IMG/VR virus record: IMGVR_UViG_3300007171_000004
Location: 1 to 64,000 of that record
Source of the DNA: a virus
Lineage: Duplodnaviria; Caudoviricetes
Length of the DNA stretch: 64,000 bases
Strand: one strand, 5' to 3'
Shown here: positions 37,042 to 47,719 of the stretch, piece after piece
How the letters are laid out: every line of letters starts with the position of its first letter
How positions within the stretch are numbered: the stretch's first letter is position 1
Program-made: the position numbers and the translations under genes
Notes under the pieces: generated by a model
Databases searched by the model: none
What the model saw: the letters and a program-made list of their open reading frames with translations, nothing else
What the model was told of the DNA's origin: nothing

Positions 37042-37899
37042 ATGGATCCAGATGCTATTAATTTTACGATTGAAGTACCCATTAGAATAGATGATGCAAA
37101 TGATGTTATGAATGCTTTCGCTACATCTTATGGGTATTCAGAAACAGTGGAAGTGGGACAAGGAATTACACAACCTAACCCTATTTCTAAAGAGGTTTTT
37201 GTTTCTCAGTGTGTAGAGAACTTTGTTATGAATGTTCTTAAAGCTCACATGGTAAAGAAAGAATTTGAATTAGCTAAAAACGAAGCTGAACAATTAGCTG
37301 CACAAAGACAATTAGATGCAGCTCAGTGGTTTGATGCTAGAAGAATTGAAGCTATTAGACCAAGTATTAATAGTGGAGATATTATTATTGATGAAGATAC
37401 TAGTGGAGATTTTGTAGCTGTTAGTGTAGATCCTAATGGCAAATCTTTAACTTATTCTGTTAGTGTGCAACCTCTACATGGATCTGTAAGTGTTGTTGAT
37501 TCTACTTTTACTTACACCCCTAATACTAACTACTTTGGAACAGATACATTTTCGATAGTAGCTTCTAATGATATCTGCTCTTCTGAAAATGGTATGGTTA
37601 ATGTTGTTGTGAATGCTGTTCCTGATGTTCTTACAGTTGATAGTTTCTCTGGTAATTTAGATAAAAACACTTCTATTGATTTAGAGCTTACTGGTGTCGA
37701 TCTTGATGGTGAAGTATTTGATTATGTAGTCGTAGATAATCCTACTCATGGTGTTTTATCGGGAACTGCTCCTTTATTAACATACACTCCTGAAGCTGAT
37801 TATGTTGGAGTTGATTCCTTTACTTATAAAATCACAAATGCTACTGAAGAATCTGCTCTCGGTACAGTTACTTTGAATGTAAATGAGGTCGTATTATGA
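37042..37899 (+). CDS. Protein with short N-terminal domain plus two Ig-like (Big_9/cadherin-like) repeats
   Basis: Start moved to the ATG at 37042 (AGGAGA SD); two P.HG.....FTYTP...Y.G.D.F repeats. Confidence 0.8.
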   Translation: MDPDAINFTIEVPIRIDDANDVMNAFATSYGYSETVEVGQGITQPNPISKEVFVSQCVENFVMNVLKAHMVKKEFELAKNEAEQLAAQRQLDAAQWFDARRIEAIRPSINSGDIIIDEDTSGDFVAVSVDPNGKSLTYSVSVQPLHGSVSVVDSTFTYTPNTNYFGTDTFSIVASNDICSSENGMVNVVVNAVPDVLTVDSFSGNLDKNTSIDLELTGVDLDGEVFDYVVVDNPTHGVLSGTAPLLTYTPEADYVGVDSFTYKITNATEESALGTVTLNVNEVVL

Positions 37900-38195
37900 A
37901 TCCAACTATAGCTTTTACAGTTACAATTCCAATTAAAAATTCTGATGCTGCAAATATCAAAGAAGCGTTTGCAACACAATATAATTTTAAGCCTCAGGTA
38001 ACAGATTCTTTGGGAAATGTTTTATATATCACTGAAGAATTGTTTATTGAAGATACTGTAGCTTATTTTATTATGAATGTTACAAAAGATTATTTAGTTA
38101 AGATGGCTGCTGAAGGTGCTGCTGACACTGCAAGATCTTCTGCTGAATTATATGCTAATAATCTTAAAGCATGGTTTGAAAGCCAAAGAAGCTAA
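37896..38195 (+). CDS. Small protein paralogous to the N-terminal domain of 37042..37899
   Basis: FT..IPI...DA..+.EAFAT.Y....F+MNV.K aligns with the upstream gene. Confidence 0.7.
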   Translation: MNPTIAFTVTIPIKNSDAANIKEAFATQYNFKPQVTDSLGNVLYITEELFIEDTVAYFIMNVTKDYLVKMAAEGAADTARSSAELYANNLKAWFESQRS

Positions 38196-39736
38196 GATAT
38201 TGTAGGTATTCTTCTTCTAGGGGTTGGATCTTTGAAGCCGAGGATCCATCCCCTTCTTGCTGTTGCATTGGCTACATCAAGATTTACATTATATCCTGGT
38301 CTACTTCCAAAATTAGATATTGTCCCTGAAATTAAATCTTCAATCGATCCTGCATTATTTCTACCAATTGTAATACCATTCGTAGATATTTTATTAAATA
38401 CATTTGTGGGAGTCACATTGTCTGCTTCTCCAAATGTAAGACATAATTGTCTAGGATAGTAATAATTATATCCAGCAGCAGACACGGCTGTTGTAGCGTT
38501 TCCTGTTAATGTCAAAGAAGTATCATTTGTAACACTGCTTACTGTACCAATTACTGAATTACTTAATGAATATAAAATATCACCATAATTAAACTGTTTA
38601 AATGTTGTACTTGTACCAGTAACTGTTGTAGAATTTGTAGCAGAAGTAATAGTGCCTGTTCCAACATTATAAGGAGCTGTATTAGCTTCAGAGACAAATA
38701 AGTTCACTGACTCACAATCTGGAGATGTTTGGCTAGAAGTTGCTGGTGCATCAGATGTGGTTCCAGTCAAAGCTCCCATTACAAATTGTGGAACTGAGCC
38801 ACTAGATCCAAAATAATTAAATTGATCTCCTGTTGATGTTCCCGAAGCATAATCTGTCAACATAAAATCGTTTCCACTTGAGCCTTTGAGAGCAAACCAT
38901 AATAAATTATTACTTGTACCTGTTGCAGATATTAAAGTACTTGTTATAGTGAACCCATTGGCATCCCAAGATGTTACCGCATATGTATTTAAGGCACCTG
39001 CAGCAGTCGATACAGATGCAGCACAAGATGTGGAAGATGCATAAGTATGGGTTTGAGTTGATAAACCTGTGCCACGATCTGTGCATCTATATGCTATTGT
39101 TGATTGTTTCGTTGATGGTAATCTTACTGCTGCTCCGAGACTAAACCTAGTTTGAGTAGTTTGGCTTGCGTTAGCTGCAACTTCAACAAAATTAGTTATT
39201 ATGCAATCTGGAGTGAAATTTAATGTTGATATGCTAGCGGTATTATTTGTAGCAGTCCCTAAAGCTAAGTTCCCAACACCTACTGTCAAATCACTACCTG
39301 TAAAAAATATACATATTAGATCTAAATTAATATTTGCTTGAGGTGTTGTGGTTGTAAAAGTAAGACCTGCAGAGCCATTGCTGAATGAAACAGCAGTGCA
39401 TTGATAGTAATTTGTACCAGCATTGTTTGTAGCTCTAATAAATCTAGTATTATCATTTCTTCTGGCATATGAAGTTGGTGTAATTCCATCTAAAGTTGTC
39501 ATCCACTGGGATCTGACTAAAATCGTAGAAGTTCCATCACCTGCAGGACCGGCTATTCCTACACCTAAATTTCTAACAGATGTAGAAGTGTCATATGATC
39601 CAGTATTAGCATTACATTCCGTATAATAACAGATCATAGCTTTAGGAGTGCCAAAACCTGGTTCTGTATATATAGTGACAGTTCCATTTACCGCTTCTGA
39701 TGTAAGAACTCTTCTTCTAACTGTACAAACTTTCAA
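38192..39736 (-). CDS. Putative virion structural/fibre protein (Thr/Ser/Gly-rich beta)
   Basis: 514 aa; GTGTITSATNSTTVTGTSTTF fibre-like repeat; lies within the tail module. Confidence 0.6.
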   Translation of the reverse strand: MKVCTVRRRVLTSEAVNGTVTIYTEPGFGTPKAMICYYTECNANTGSYDTSTSVRNLGVGIAGPAGDGTSTILVRSQWMTTLDGITPTSYARRNDNTRFIRATNNAGTNYYQCTAVSFSNGSAGLTFTTTTPQANINLDLICIFFTGSDLTVGVGNLALGTATNNTASISTLNFTPDCIITNFVEVAANASQTTQTRFSLGAAVRLPSTKQSTIAYRCTDRGTGLSTQTHTYASSTSCAASVSTAAGALNTYAVTSWDANGFTITSTLISATGTSNNLLWFALKGSSGNDFMLTDYASGTSTGDQFNYFGSSGSVPQFVMGALTGTTSDAPATSSQTSPDCESVNLFVSEANTAPYNVGTGTITSATNSTTVTGTSTTFKQFNYGDILYSLSNSVIGTVSSVTNDTSLTLTGNATTAVSAAGYNYYYPRQLCLTFGEADNVTPTNVFNKISTNGITIGRNNAGSIEDLISGTISNFGSRPGYNVNLDVANATARRGWILGFKDPTPRRRIPTIS

Positions 39737-39737
39737 A

Positions 39738-42581
39738 TTATGCCTCTTCTAATAATAATTGTACGAAGAAATTCGCATGAGTTGAATTCAATGCTGTAAA
39801 GTTTAATCTAACTTTATTACCCGAAGCTAATGTTGTTTGTGAAAAAGTTGTAGTAAAAGCTTCATATGTAGAAGCTCCAGTAATACTCAAAGCAGAAGCC
39901 ATCATATTACCTGTAGCAGAAAATGCTGATGTACCGGTGTAGTATTCCACTTGTATTGATGTCGTGCCAGAAGATGGGGTTTCTACTCTTACAAATAATT
40001 CTCTTACATTATATGACACAGATGTTGATCCATCTGCAGGACTATCAGGTATTCTCAACACAACAGAATCTGCACCTGATGCAACAGGGGTAAATCCAGA
40101 ACAGAATGTCAGATACAGAGGTCTTTTTTGTCTAATAGCAATAGAACCATTCCCATTAGTGATAGCAACACCAGAACCAGCAGTTAGAGTTGCTTTAGTA
40201 AGAGTGTTACCTGAAGTATTTCCTATTAATAATTGACCATCAGTATAAGTTGTTTGACCTGTTCCGCCATATGAGACTCCAATAGTTGAAGCATTCCATG
40301 TACCTGTTGAAATATTACCAGAATTATTAATCACAAATACATCAGTTGTATTTAAAATAGCCTTAAATATAGCAGCTGTTTGAGAAGTAATTCCTGTGAC
40401 AGCTAATGGTATTACACCTGTGCCTGAAGCTGTTATTGTTAAGTTAGTTCCTGTTGTTGCGTAATCTAAAGCAGACGCATCATCAACAGTAGTACCAGCT
40501 GATGGATAATATGCAATTTTGCCAGAAGCACCTGAGTTTACTGTTCCTGATCCCGTGCCCGTACCAGATAAAAGATTTGTTCCAGCTCCATTGGCACATG
40601 CAGTTAGATCAATGTAAGCTCCTCTTGCATTGCCACCTGTCTCAAAAAATCTTAATTTATTTTGATATACGTCGATAGTTACTGAAGTTGTTAAAGTTGA
40701 CCCTGAAGAAGGAAGAGCTAAAGTAATTTCTCCACCTTCATTGGCAATAGATTGTGTAGAACTTAATAATGTTGCAGAAAATACTCCTGTAGATGTATTT
40801 AGAGTTACAGAAGGAGGAAAAGATAGTGTTCCAGATCCGTTTGTTGCTAAAAATGTAGTTGTGCTAGCAGTTCCATCAGCACTAGGCAATGTCCATATGA
40901 GATTTGATGTGATTGCGTCTGGAGCCTTAAATCCAACATAATTAAGACCATTCGCAACTAACTCCATAAATCTTAATTCAGATGTGCCAGGAGTTGTATT
41001 ACCATAAGCACCTAAGCTAAAATAAAATGCTTCACTTTGAGGAGATAATCGAATTCCACTTTCAGAATCTACAAAAAAGTTTACATATTTACTTGTATTA
41101 AGACCAATTCTAAGAGGAATATTAAGAGATGTTCCAGTGCCAGCCCCAGCATATGATGCTATTCCAAAATTTGCTGAACTTGTTGAAGCACTTTGATTAT
41201 CTACAATAATACCAAATGTAGATATACCATTAGTCGCATGTGTTCCTGTAGATGATATATATAAACCAGTCCTACCTGTAGCTCCTGCTGTACCTGTCAT
41301 GGCTACATTGATCATCCTACCAGATGTTATTGAGTTGGAAGAAAGATGTAATCCATAACCTGTAGTGAGAGAGTTTGTAACCAATGACAAAGCAGAAGAT
41401 GTAGTTTGGCCTGTAGAATTTCCAGATGTGAAAGCATTTGAGGTAGCTGTAAGGGTTGGAACTACTGAAGTGTCAATAGCAATAGTTCCAGAGGTTGTAA
41501 TTGTTCCACCAGTAAGACCAGTTCCAGCTGTAATACTAGTTACCGTTCCTGTACCTGCTGCTGGTGTGTCCCAAGATAATACTCCTGATGCACCAACTTT
41601 TAAAAATTGCCCACTTGTTCCCACGGTAGATGGTAAGGTCCACATTACACTTGAGGAAATAGTGTCAGGAGCCTTAAATCCTACATAATTTGCACCAGTA
41701 AGAGCATTAAATCTAAGTTCATATGTACCGGAACCAGCATCATAAGGAGATAAAAGAATATTATTATAAGAGATTCTAACTTTTTCTGTTAATACTTCAG
41801 TACCAGATCCATTAGTTTTAAATACAAATGCACCACGATATGAAGCTGCTGTTACGGATGCTAATATTCCTTCAAATGCAAGATTTCGTACTAAAGTCCC
41901 ACCATCATTTTCAGTTTTAAAAATAATACTAGATCCTAAACCATTAGCAGCAGTAGCGGAAGTTGTTCTCTCTAAAGATATCGTTTCTTTGACAGTATCT
42001 GTACTAGCATCTTCTATAAATTTTACTGATAATGGATATCCGCTACTACTGCTGTTTAACTGCAATCCATAGCCCGTAGTGCCATCAGCAGAAATATTAA
42101 ATATTGTATGACTTCCTCCTGAATTACCAATACTTAAAATATTTTGATCTACTGTTTGATTGCCAGCTCCACGAAGAGTTAATCTGATTCCTCTTTGCCC
42201 AGAAACATTACCTTCAACCTTGATCGTACCACCATTTGTAATAGAAAGTAAATCGTTAGTATTAGTTGCACCACCAGTAATTGTAACTGTTCCAGAAGCA
42301 CTTATAGAGGTAGCGGAAACGGCCCACCTATAAGCATCCGAACCTAATTCATGACCATTTGTGCCTGGAATTAACGTACCAGAGGCTGAATCATTAATAG
42401 TTACTCTGGTTACCGGGTCATTAGGAGCAGTTCCAGCAGTTCCACCAAAGGCTCCTGAATAACCAATGAAATTAATTTTATCTGAAGCATTGCCAGATAT
42501 TGCTATTGATTGGGCTGTAGCTTGATTATCATTCCAATAAATTTGTCCATTAGAAGGATCTATAATAACATCAACAGCCAC
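39738..42581 (-). CDS. Tail fibre-like protein
   Basis: GTGTVTSITAGTGLTGGTITTSGTIA, GGTGQTTYTDGQLLIGN and two ELRF...YVGFKAPD...WTLP repeats. Confidence 0.75.
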   Translation of the reverse strand: MAVDVIIDPSNGQIYWNDNQATAQSIAISGNASDKINFIGYSGAFGGTAGTAPNDPVTRVTINDSASGTLIPGTNGHELGSDAYRWAVSATSISASGTVTITGGATNTNDLLSITNGGTIKVEGNVSGQRGIRLTLRGAGNQTVDQNILSIGNSGGSHTIFNISADGTTGYGLQLNSSSSGYPLSVKFIEDASTDTVKETISLERTTSATAANGLGSSIIFKTENDGGTLVRNLAFEGILASVTAASYRGAFVFKTNGSGTEVLTEKVRISYNNILLSPYDAGSGTYELRFNALTGANYVGFKAPDTISSSVMWTLPSTVGTSGQFLKVGASGVLSWDTPAAGTGTVTSITAGTGLTGGTITTSGTIAIDTSVVPTLTATSNAFTSGNSTGQTTSSALSLVTNSLTTGYGLHLSSNSITSGRMINVAMTGTAGATGRTGLYISSTGTHATNGISTFGIIVDNQSASTSSANFGIASYAGAGTGTSLNIPLRIGLNTSKYVNFFVDSESGIRLSPQSEAFYFSLGAYGNTTPGTSELRFMELVANGLNYVGFKAPDAITSNLIWTLPSADGTASTTTFLATNGSGTLSFPPSVTLNTSTGVFSATLLSSTQSIANEGGEITLALPSSGSTLTTSVTIDVYQNKLRFFETGGNARGAYIDLTACANGAGTNLLSGTGTGSGTVNSGASGKIAYYPSAGTTVDDASALDYATTGTNLTITASGTGVIPLAVTGITSQTAAIFKAILNTTDVFVINNSGNISTGTWNASTIGVSYGGTGQTTYTDGQLLIGNTSGNTLTKATLTAGSGVAITNGNGSIAIRQKRPLYLTFCSGFTPVASGADSVVLRIPDSPADGSTSVSYNVRELFVRVETPSSGTTSIQVEYYTGTSAFSATGNMMASALSITGASTYEAFTTTFSQTTLASGNKVRLNFTALNSTHANFFVQLLLEEA

Positions 42582-42590
42582 TTAATACCT

Positions 42591-42851
42591 CTACTCTTTT
42601 ACGATGATGCAATTGGTATATTCTAATAACTTAGCAATGATAGCAAGACTTAATTCTGTATTGCTTTTACCAAGATCATTGTATTCATCACCTTGAATTA
42701 CAAATAAATTTTTAGATATAACTTGTTGTTCTAGGTTTAAAAATGAAAATACCATTCTTATACCTGATTCAAGATCTATGTTGCCTGTTTCAATAGAGAT
42801 CCAGGCAACATTCGGGTTATCTTTTTTATATACTCTGAACAAATGCATCAC
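42591..42851 (-). CDS. Hypothetical protein
   Basis: 86-aa ORF coupled between two fibre genes. Confidence 0.5.
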   Translation of the reverse strand: MMHLFRVYKKDNPNVAWISIETGNIDLESGIRMVFSFLNLEQQVISKNLFVIQGDEYNDLGKSNTELSLAIIAKLLEYTNCIIVKE

Positions 42852-45481
42852 TGCTCAATTTCTAGTGGAGCGTCCAATCTAGCACCGTGAACAACATAAT
42901 CCACTTTAATTGTTTTTAATTTTCTCATTACGAAGTTGCTAGATAGTTGTATTATAAAATAATGTTCTGTTTTTTCCACTAAATGAACTGCATATGGTCC
43001 CCAAGATGTAAGTTGAACAGAGTAATTTTCACCGACTAATTTATGCCAATATTCTGGAAGTTCTACCTTAAGTTTGTCTTTACCCTCAACTGTTCCTCTA
43101 TGATATACTCCATGTTCAGGGCCTTCAAGAACACCGTATACAAGTCTCATTCCTTCTTTTGTCGGGTGAGGAATATCAAAGCTCTTAGTTGTTGCTCTTA
43201 AGTTTCCACTAGCATCAACGGAGAATTTAGAGGTTCCTGATGAATTTAATCCTCTTATAAAATAATCTGAAGTAGAATCATTATCTGTAACATGTGTAGT
43301 GATTGTCAAATAAGTTCCAGATGATAATGCAGATGAGGATGTGATTGTTGAGGCTCTTCCTAAAGCAATTGTGGTTGCATCATCAACAATTGCAGAATTT
43401 GCAAATTGGGATGATGCTGTCGTCCAAATTGGCACAGTATTGTTTGATAGTGAGCCAGCATTTTTGAGTGATATTGTATGATCTATTGTCTCACCGGAAG
43501 TGGCTCCAGAAGATGCAATACCCGATCCTGCTGTAATAGATGCAACATAATTACCAGTTGTATCCGTACCAAGAGCAACAGAGTTAGCAGCAATTGAAGC
43601 GACTCCGCCAGATGTAACTGTAATGTCACCAGAAACTTTACCAAATACATAATCTGAAATTCTTGTTGCAGAAGCTTTACGATTAGTACCAGCTCCACCA
43701 TCATCAACAATAAATAAATCTGCATCTGCTAGGGCAGCTCCAATATCAGTACCACCATCGATATCTAATGCTGATAAACTTACCTTGTTAGCAGTGGTAA
43801 TAGTTGCTAATTTAGTGTCTGATATCGCTGCAGATGCATTGATATCTGCATCAACTATTGCTCCTGCTGTTATTGCTGTTGTAAGAGATACATTGCCTCC
43901 AGATGTATATGTAACACCAGTAGCAGTAATATCTCCAGTTAAAGCTACAGTACCAGAAGTAGCTAAAGATGTAGCTGTTGTGGCATTACCGGATAATGCA
44001 CCATAAAATGTAGTAGCTTCAATGTTACCTAAAGTTCCACCAAAAACTTCAGATGTGTTAGTTGCATCTGGAATAAACATGAATCTTTGGTTATCATCAT
44101 TAAATCCAAAGAAGCCAATTTTTGCTGCAGTACCATTATGCCATCTAAATTCAATACCACGATCCTTACTATCGTCTGATGCAGGAGCTGTGTCTCCGCC
44201 TAATGTAAAGACTGGGTCATCAATGGTGACAGTAGTAGCATTGACTGTAGTAGTAGTTCCATTTACTGTTAATGTACCAGCAACAGTAAGGTTGTCATTT
44301 ACAGTAACTGTACCTCCTACTGAATCAAGAGTTAAATTCCCAGATGATGTATCGATCGTTCCTGATGTATTACCTACTCTGACACTGTTAGCAGTAACAG
44401 AAGCAAATGTAACTGCTGAGTTTGTTGCTACCGCTTGTCCAATAGCTACTTGAGTTCCAGTTACAGTAACACCAGTTCCAGCTGTAACAACCGTAATATC
44501 CGAAGAACCGTTAAATGATACTCCTTGAATATTTCTTGCTGTTTGAAGTGTTGTAGCAGTCGAAGCGTTACCAGATAAAGCACCGGTAAATGTTGTCGCT
44601 GCTATAGATGTTAAACCTGAAATGGTTGTAGCTGTAGCACCTAATGATATAGTTGTTGAACCAATTGTCACACTAGAGTTTGTCAAAGAAGAATTTGGAA
44701 TACTTGCAGTTGCAATAGTTAATGTATCTGTAGTAGCATTAATAGTACATGTTATACCTGCTCCTGCAGTAAACGTAAATGTATCAGTAGAAGTATCAGC
44801 AACAGCGGTATTTGTACCGTCTGTCATATTTTGGAAAATATTTTGCGCACCAGCGAGATCAGATGTATATGCAATCGAATTAGCTGTAGTTCCATCACCA
44901 ATAACTAATCTTGTTCCAGTCCAACCTAAATGGCCCCTAGTTGTTGTTGTTTGAGAAACTCCAGTGCTAGTACCAAATTGTATTGATGCGGTATTTGTAG
45001 TTTGTTCTAATACTAATTTTGCGGCATCAATTGTACCCGAAAATGGGTGCATCCAAATTCTTGCAATTGTTTGTCCTGTAGGTCCTCCATATGTTGCTGA
45101 AGGAGAATAATATGTACCGTTATATCCACCAATTGCTAAAACAGGTTCTTCGTTAGGAGATGCATTTTCTACATAGTTAAAGATAGTAGTTCTGAAGTTT
45201 GTATCAGTGTTTGTAGAACCTTGTGTTGTGGGTTTACTCCAATAAAAGTTAATCTGAGATGTAGAATCAGCAGAAGTGCCACCACCAGGAATAACAACAA
45301 TATCTTTCCCATTAGCACTCGCACCAGGAGTACCAGAGTTAGCAGCCATTGTTTGGAAATCTTGACTTTGTGCAGTAACTTCTTCTGGAGCTGCTTCTAC
45401 AACAACATCTTCTGTCAGATCTACCGCTAAATTCTGCTTTTGAAGTTTCTTTACAACTTTATCTGAAAAATTATCAGCCAT
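42848..45481 (-). CDS. Tail fibre-like protein with C-terminal KSF.I.HP...LEGPE domain
   Basis: ASTATTLQTARNI, DRGIEFRWH and DTTGNYVA fibre motifs; C-terminal RATTKSFDIPHP...LEGPEHGVYHRG. Confidence 0.8.
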   Translation of the reverse strand: MADNFSDKVVKKLQKQNLAVDLTEDVVVEAAPEEVTAQSQDFQTMAANSGTPGASANGKDIVVIPGGGTSADSTSQINFYWSKPTTQGSTNTDTNFRTTIFNYVENASPNEEPVLAIGGYNGTYYSPSATYGGPTGQTIARIWMHPFSGTIDAAKLVLEQTTNTASIQFGTSTGVSQTTTTRGHLGWTGTRLVIGDGTTANSIAYTSDLAGAQNIFQNMTDGTNTAVADTSTDTFTFTAGAGITCTINATTDTLTIATASIPNSSLTNSSVTIGSTTISLGATATTISGLTSIAATTFTGALSGNASTATTLQTARNIQGVSFNGSSDITVVTAGTGVTVTGTQVAIGQAVATNSAVTFASVTANSVRVGNTSGTIDTSSGNLTLDSVGGTVTVNDNLTVAGTLTVNGTTTTVNATTVTIDDPVFTLGGDTAPASDDSKDRGIEFRWHNGTAAKIGFFGFNDDNQRFMFIPDATNTSEVFGGTLGNIEATTFYGALSGNATTATSLATSGTVALTGDITATGVTYTSGGNVSLTTAITAGAIVDADINASAAISDTKLATITTANKVSLSALDIDGGTDIGAALADADLFIVDDGGAGTNRKASATRISDYVFGKVSGDITVTSGGVASIAANSVALGTDTTGNYVASITAGSGIASSGATSGETIDHTISLKNAGSLSNNTVPIWTTASSQFANSAIVDDATTIALGRASTITSSSALSSGTYLTITTHVTDNDSTSDYFIRGLNSSGTSKFSVDASGNLRATTKSFDIPHPTKEGMRLVYGVLEGPEHGVYHRGTVEGKDKLKVELPEYWHKLVGENYSVQLTSWGPYAVHLVEKTEHYFIIQLSSNFVMRKLKTIKVDYVVHGARLDAPLEIEQ

Positions 45482-45485
45482 ATTA

Positions 45486-47660
45486 TTATCCCTTATCTTG
45501 CTCCAAAATTAGTTTTTGATCTTTACGATCACCTACGCAAAAATAATCAAATTCAATTTTAATTTTTCTCAAGAATAGTAATCCTGTCCTTGAGATTTTA
45601 AATGAATTTTGTGACTGAGAGACTACAAAAAGAGAAGAATTACATCTTGAAGTGATATAAATGCTATAATTTTCTTCTACAAGGTCTTTCCAGTAATCAG
45701 GTAGTTGAATAGTGACATAATTTATTCCACTTGCCCTACCTCTAACATATGCTCCGTGTTCTGGTCCTTCAAGAGATCCATGTTCTAAAAGCTTGTCTGG
45801 ATATGAAGGATGATCAATTAAGAAGCTTTTGGTTGTTGCTCTAAAATTGCCAGCTACTGTTATTTGAGTAGCTCCTGCATTTTGTGATATTATAGAATCC
45901 CCTAATGAACTGGTATTTGTCCACATTGGGATTGCATATTGAGTACCGCCTCCAGAAATAGTTCCAGATGATGCTGCCCCCCAAGAAAGAGTAACATTTC
46001 CTCCTGATACTGAAGCTGCAGTTAATACTTGGTTTAAAGCTGGGGCAACTGCTGGTAATGTATATGTAATAGATTGAGCATGAATATCTGGAGCCTTAAA
46101 TGCTGTATAATCTGCTCCATTTGCTGCTAATTCATAAAATCTTAATTCTGTTGTTGATGCTGTTGGAGATAAAGATACAGTGTTATTAAAATCTCCACTA
46201 GTAGCATATAAATTCCATCTATTACTACTTCCACCTAATGCTAATCCTGATGTTGTTGGCAAGAAAGAACCTGAAGGATTAATAAAAGATAAAATCGCTG
46301 AAGAACTATTTTGTATTTCTAAAAGATTTGCAGTTTGAGATGTAGCGCCCTTAATCTTGAGACCAACAGCAGAAGCAGAACTTAAGAATATGCTTGTATC
46401 TGCATTAGGACCAACTATAAATCTATCTACACTGGAAACTGCAAATTGAGCTAAATTACCTGTATATGTGCCAAAATTATTTATATTAGCATAGAGAAGA
46501 TTTGTAGCATCCCAACCATTAGAAGAATTGTATCCAGTAATGTTAATTACTAAGTTACCATAACCACCAAAATAACTTCTTTCTCCACCACCAGGACTAC
46601 TAATTCCTAAAGTTCTTGTATTATCGGACCATGAAGAAGCTTGAACAGAAATTCCAGAAATCGAAGTAGTGCCATTAGAAGCGAAAAAAGATTTATTAGT
46701 TGTTTGATATAAATAAGCGCCAGAGGTGGAAAAATATATAGTATTCCCAGTCCATATTTGTCCAGTTACATTTAATCTATTACCAGCAAAATCTATACCA
46801 GTATTTTGAGAAAGGTTTTGAATCGCATTACCAGCTATATATCCACCTTTAGAAACAAAGAAAGTTTCATTTCCATCGCCGTAGAGAGAAATAGATCTTA
46901 CTGTTAGTGTATTTCCAGCGGTTGTGATAGCATTATAAATAGCACCATCAGAAGCAACTCTATATTTAATTGCACCTGTACTATCTTGAAGTTCTAAGAG
47001 ATTACCTGTTTGAGAAGCGAAACCTTTGACAACAATACCAACTTGAGATGCAGCATTAGTTTCTAGGAATAATTTGGATGATACTGTCCCTGCTGCTGTT
47101 AATCCTAAATTTCCTGCTGAAGTTAATCTAGCTTTTTGTGTCCCGCCGAAGTACCATACAAAATCATCTGTACTTCTGGCAATAGATTCTAATTGATTAT
47201 TACTGTATCCGAATCCTGAAGAGTTTGTTCCATCGTAATATAATCTTAATTTAGGATTCGCTCCAGCTGTTGAAGAATATGTACCGCCTAAAGATATTGT
47301 TAATGGGGTGGCGGTGGATGCAGCTGTATTTGTTCCTGCTGTGATTTTAAAAGGTGGTGTAGCTCCAGCAGTGCCAATTCCAATGTTTCCTGAATATTCT
47401 GCTAATCCTATTGTTCCATCTGCATTAACTCTAAAAGATGGAATACCTGATATATCTGAAACAGCAAAAATCCAGCCTGAAGATAGGTTATTATTGATAG
47501 AAAGTAATTGGCCAGCTGTTCCTTCAAAAGATAGAGTATTATCATCCAAAACTCTCAATAAAATAGGGTTATTACTTTGACCTGTAAACCTAATAAATGG
47601 AGTGTCAGTGGAGGAATTTCTGTTGGGGATTATGCGAATATTTTTATCTGAATTAGCCAT
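45486..47660 (-). CDS. Tail fibre-like protein with C-terminal KSF.I.HP...LEGPE domain
   Basis: QT.NL.E.Q.S repeats, ELRF..FKAPD repeat, C-terminal RATTKSFLIDHP...LEGPEHGAYVRG. Confidence 0.8.
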   Translation of the reverse strand: MANSDKNIRIIPNRNSSTDTPFIRFTGQSNNPILLRVLDDNTLSFEGTAGQLLSINNNLSSGWIFAVSDISGIPSFRVNADGTIGLAEYSGNIGIGTAGATPPFKITAGTNTAASTATPLTISLGGTYSSTAGANPKLRLYYDGTNSSGFGYSNNQLESIARSTDDFVWYFGGTQKARLTSAGNLGLTAAGTVSSKLFLETNAASQVGIVVKGFASQTGNLLELQDSTGAIKYRVASDGAIYNAITTAGNTLTVRSISLYGDGNETFFVSKGGYIAGNAIQNLSQNTGIDFAGNRLNVTGQIWTGNTIYFSTSGAYLYQTTNKSFFASNGTTSISGISVQASSWSDNTRTLGISSPGGGERSYFGGYGNLVINITGYNSSNGWDATNLLYANINNFGTYTGNLAQFAVSSVDRFIVGPNADTSIFLSSASAVGLKIKGATSQTANLLEIQNSSSAILSFINPSGSFLPTTSGLALGGSSNRWNLYATSGDFNNTVSLSPTASTTELRFYELAANGADYTAFKAPDIHAQSITYTLPAVAPALNQVLTAASVSGGNVTLSWGAASSGTISGGGTQYAIPMWTNTSSLGDSIISQNAGATQITVAGNFRATTKSFLIDHPSYPDKLLEHGSLEGPEHGAYVRGRASGINYVTIQLPDYWKDLVEENYSIYITSRCNSSLFVVSQSQNSFKISRTGLLFLRKIKIEFDYFCVGDRKDQKLILEQDKG

Positions 47661-47719
47661 ATCTGATTATTCTTCTACATTAATATTCGCTTTATCTGGA
47701 ATTGATTCTTCTAGAAGGG

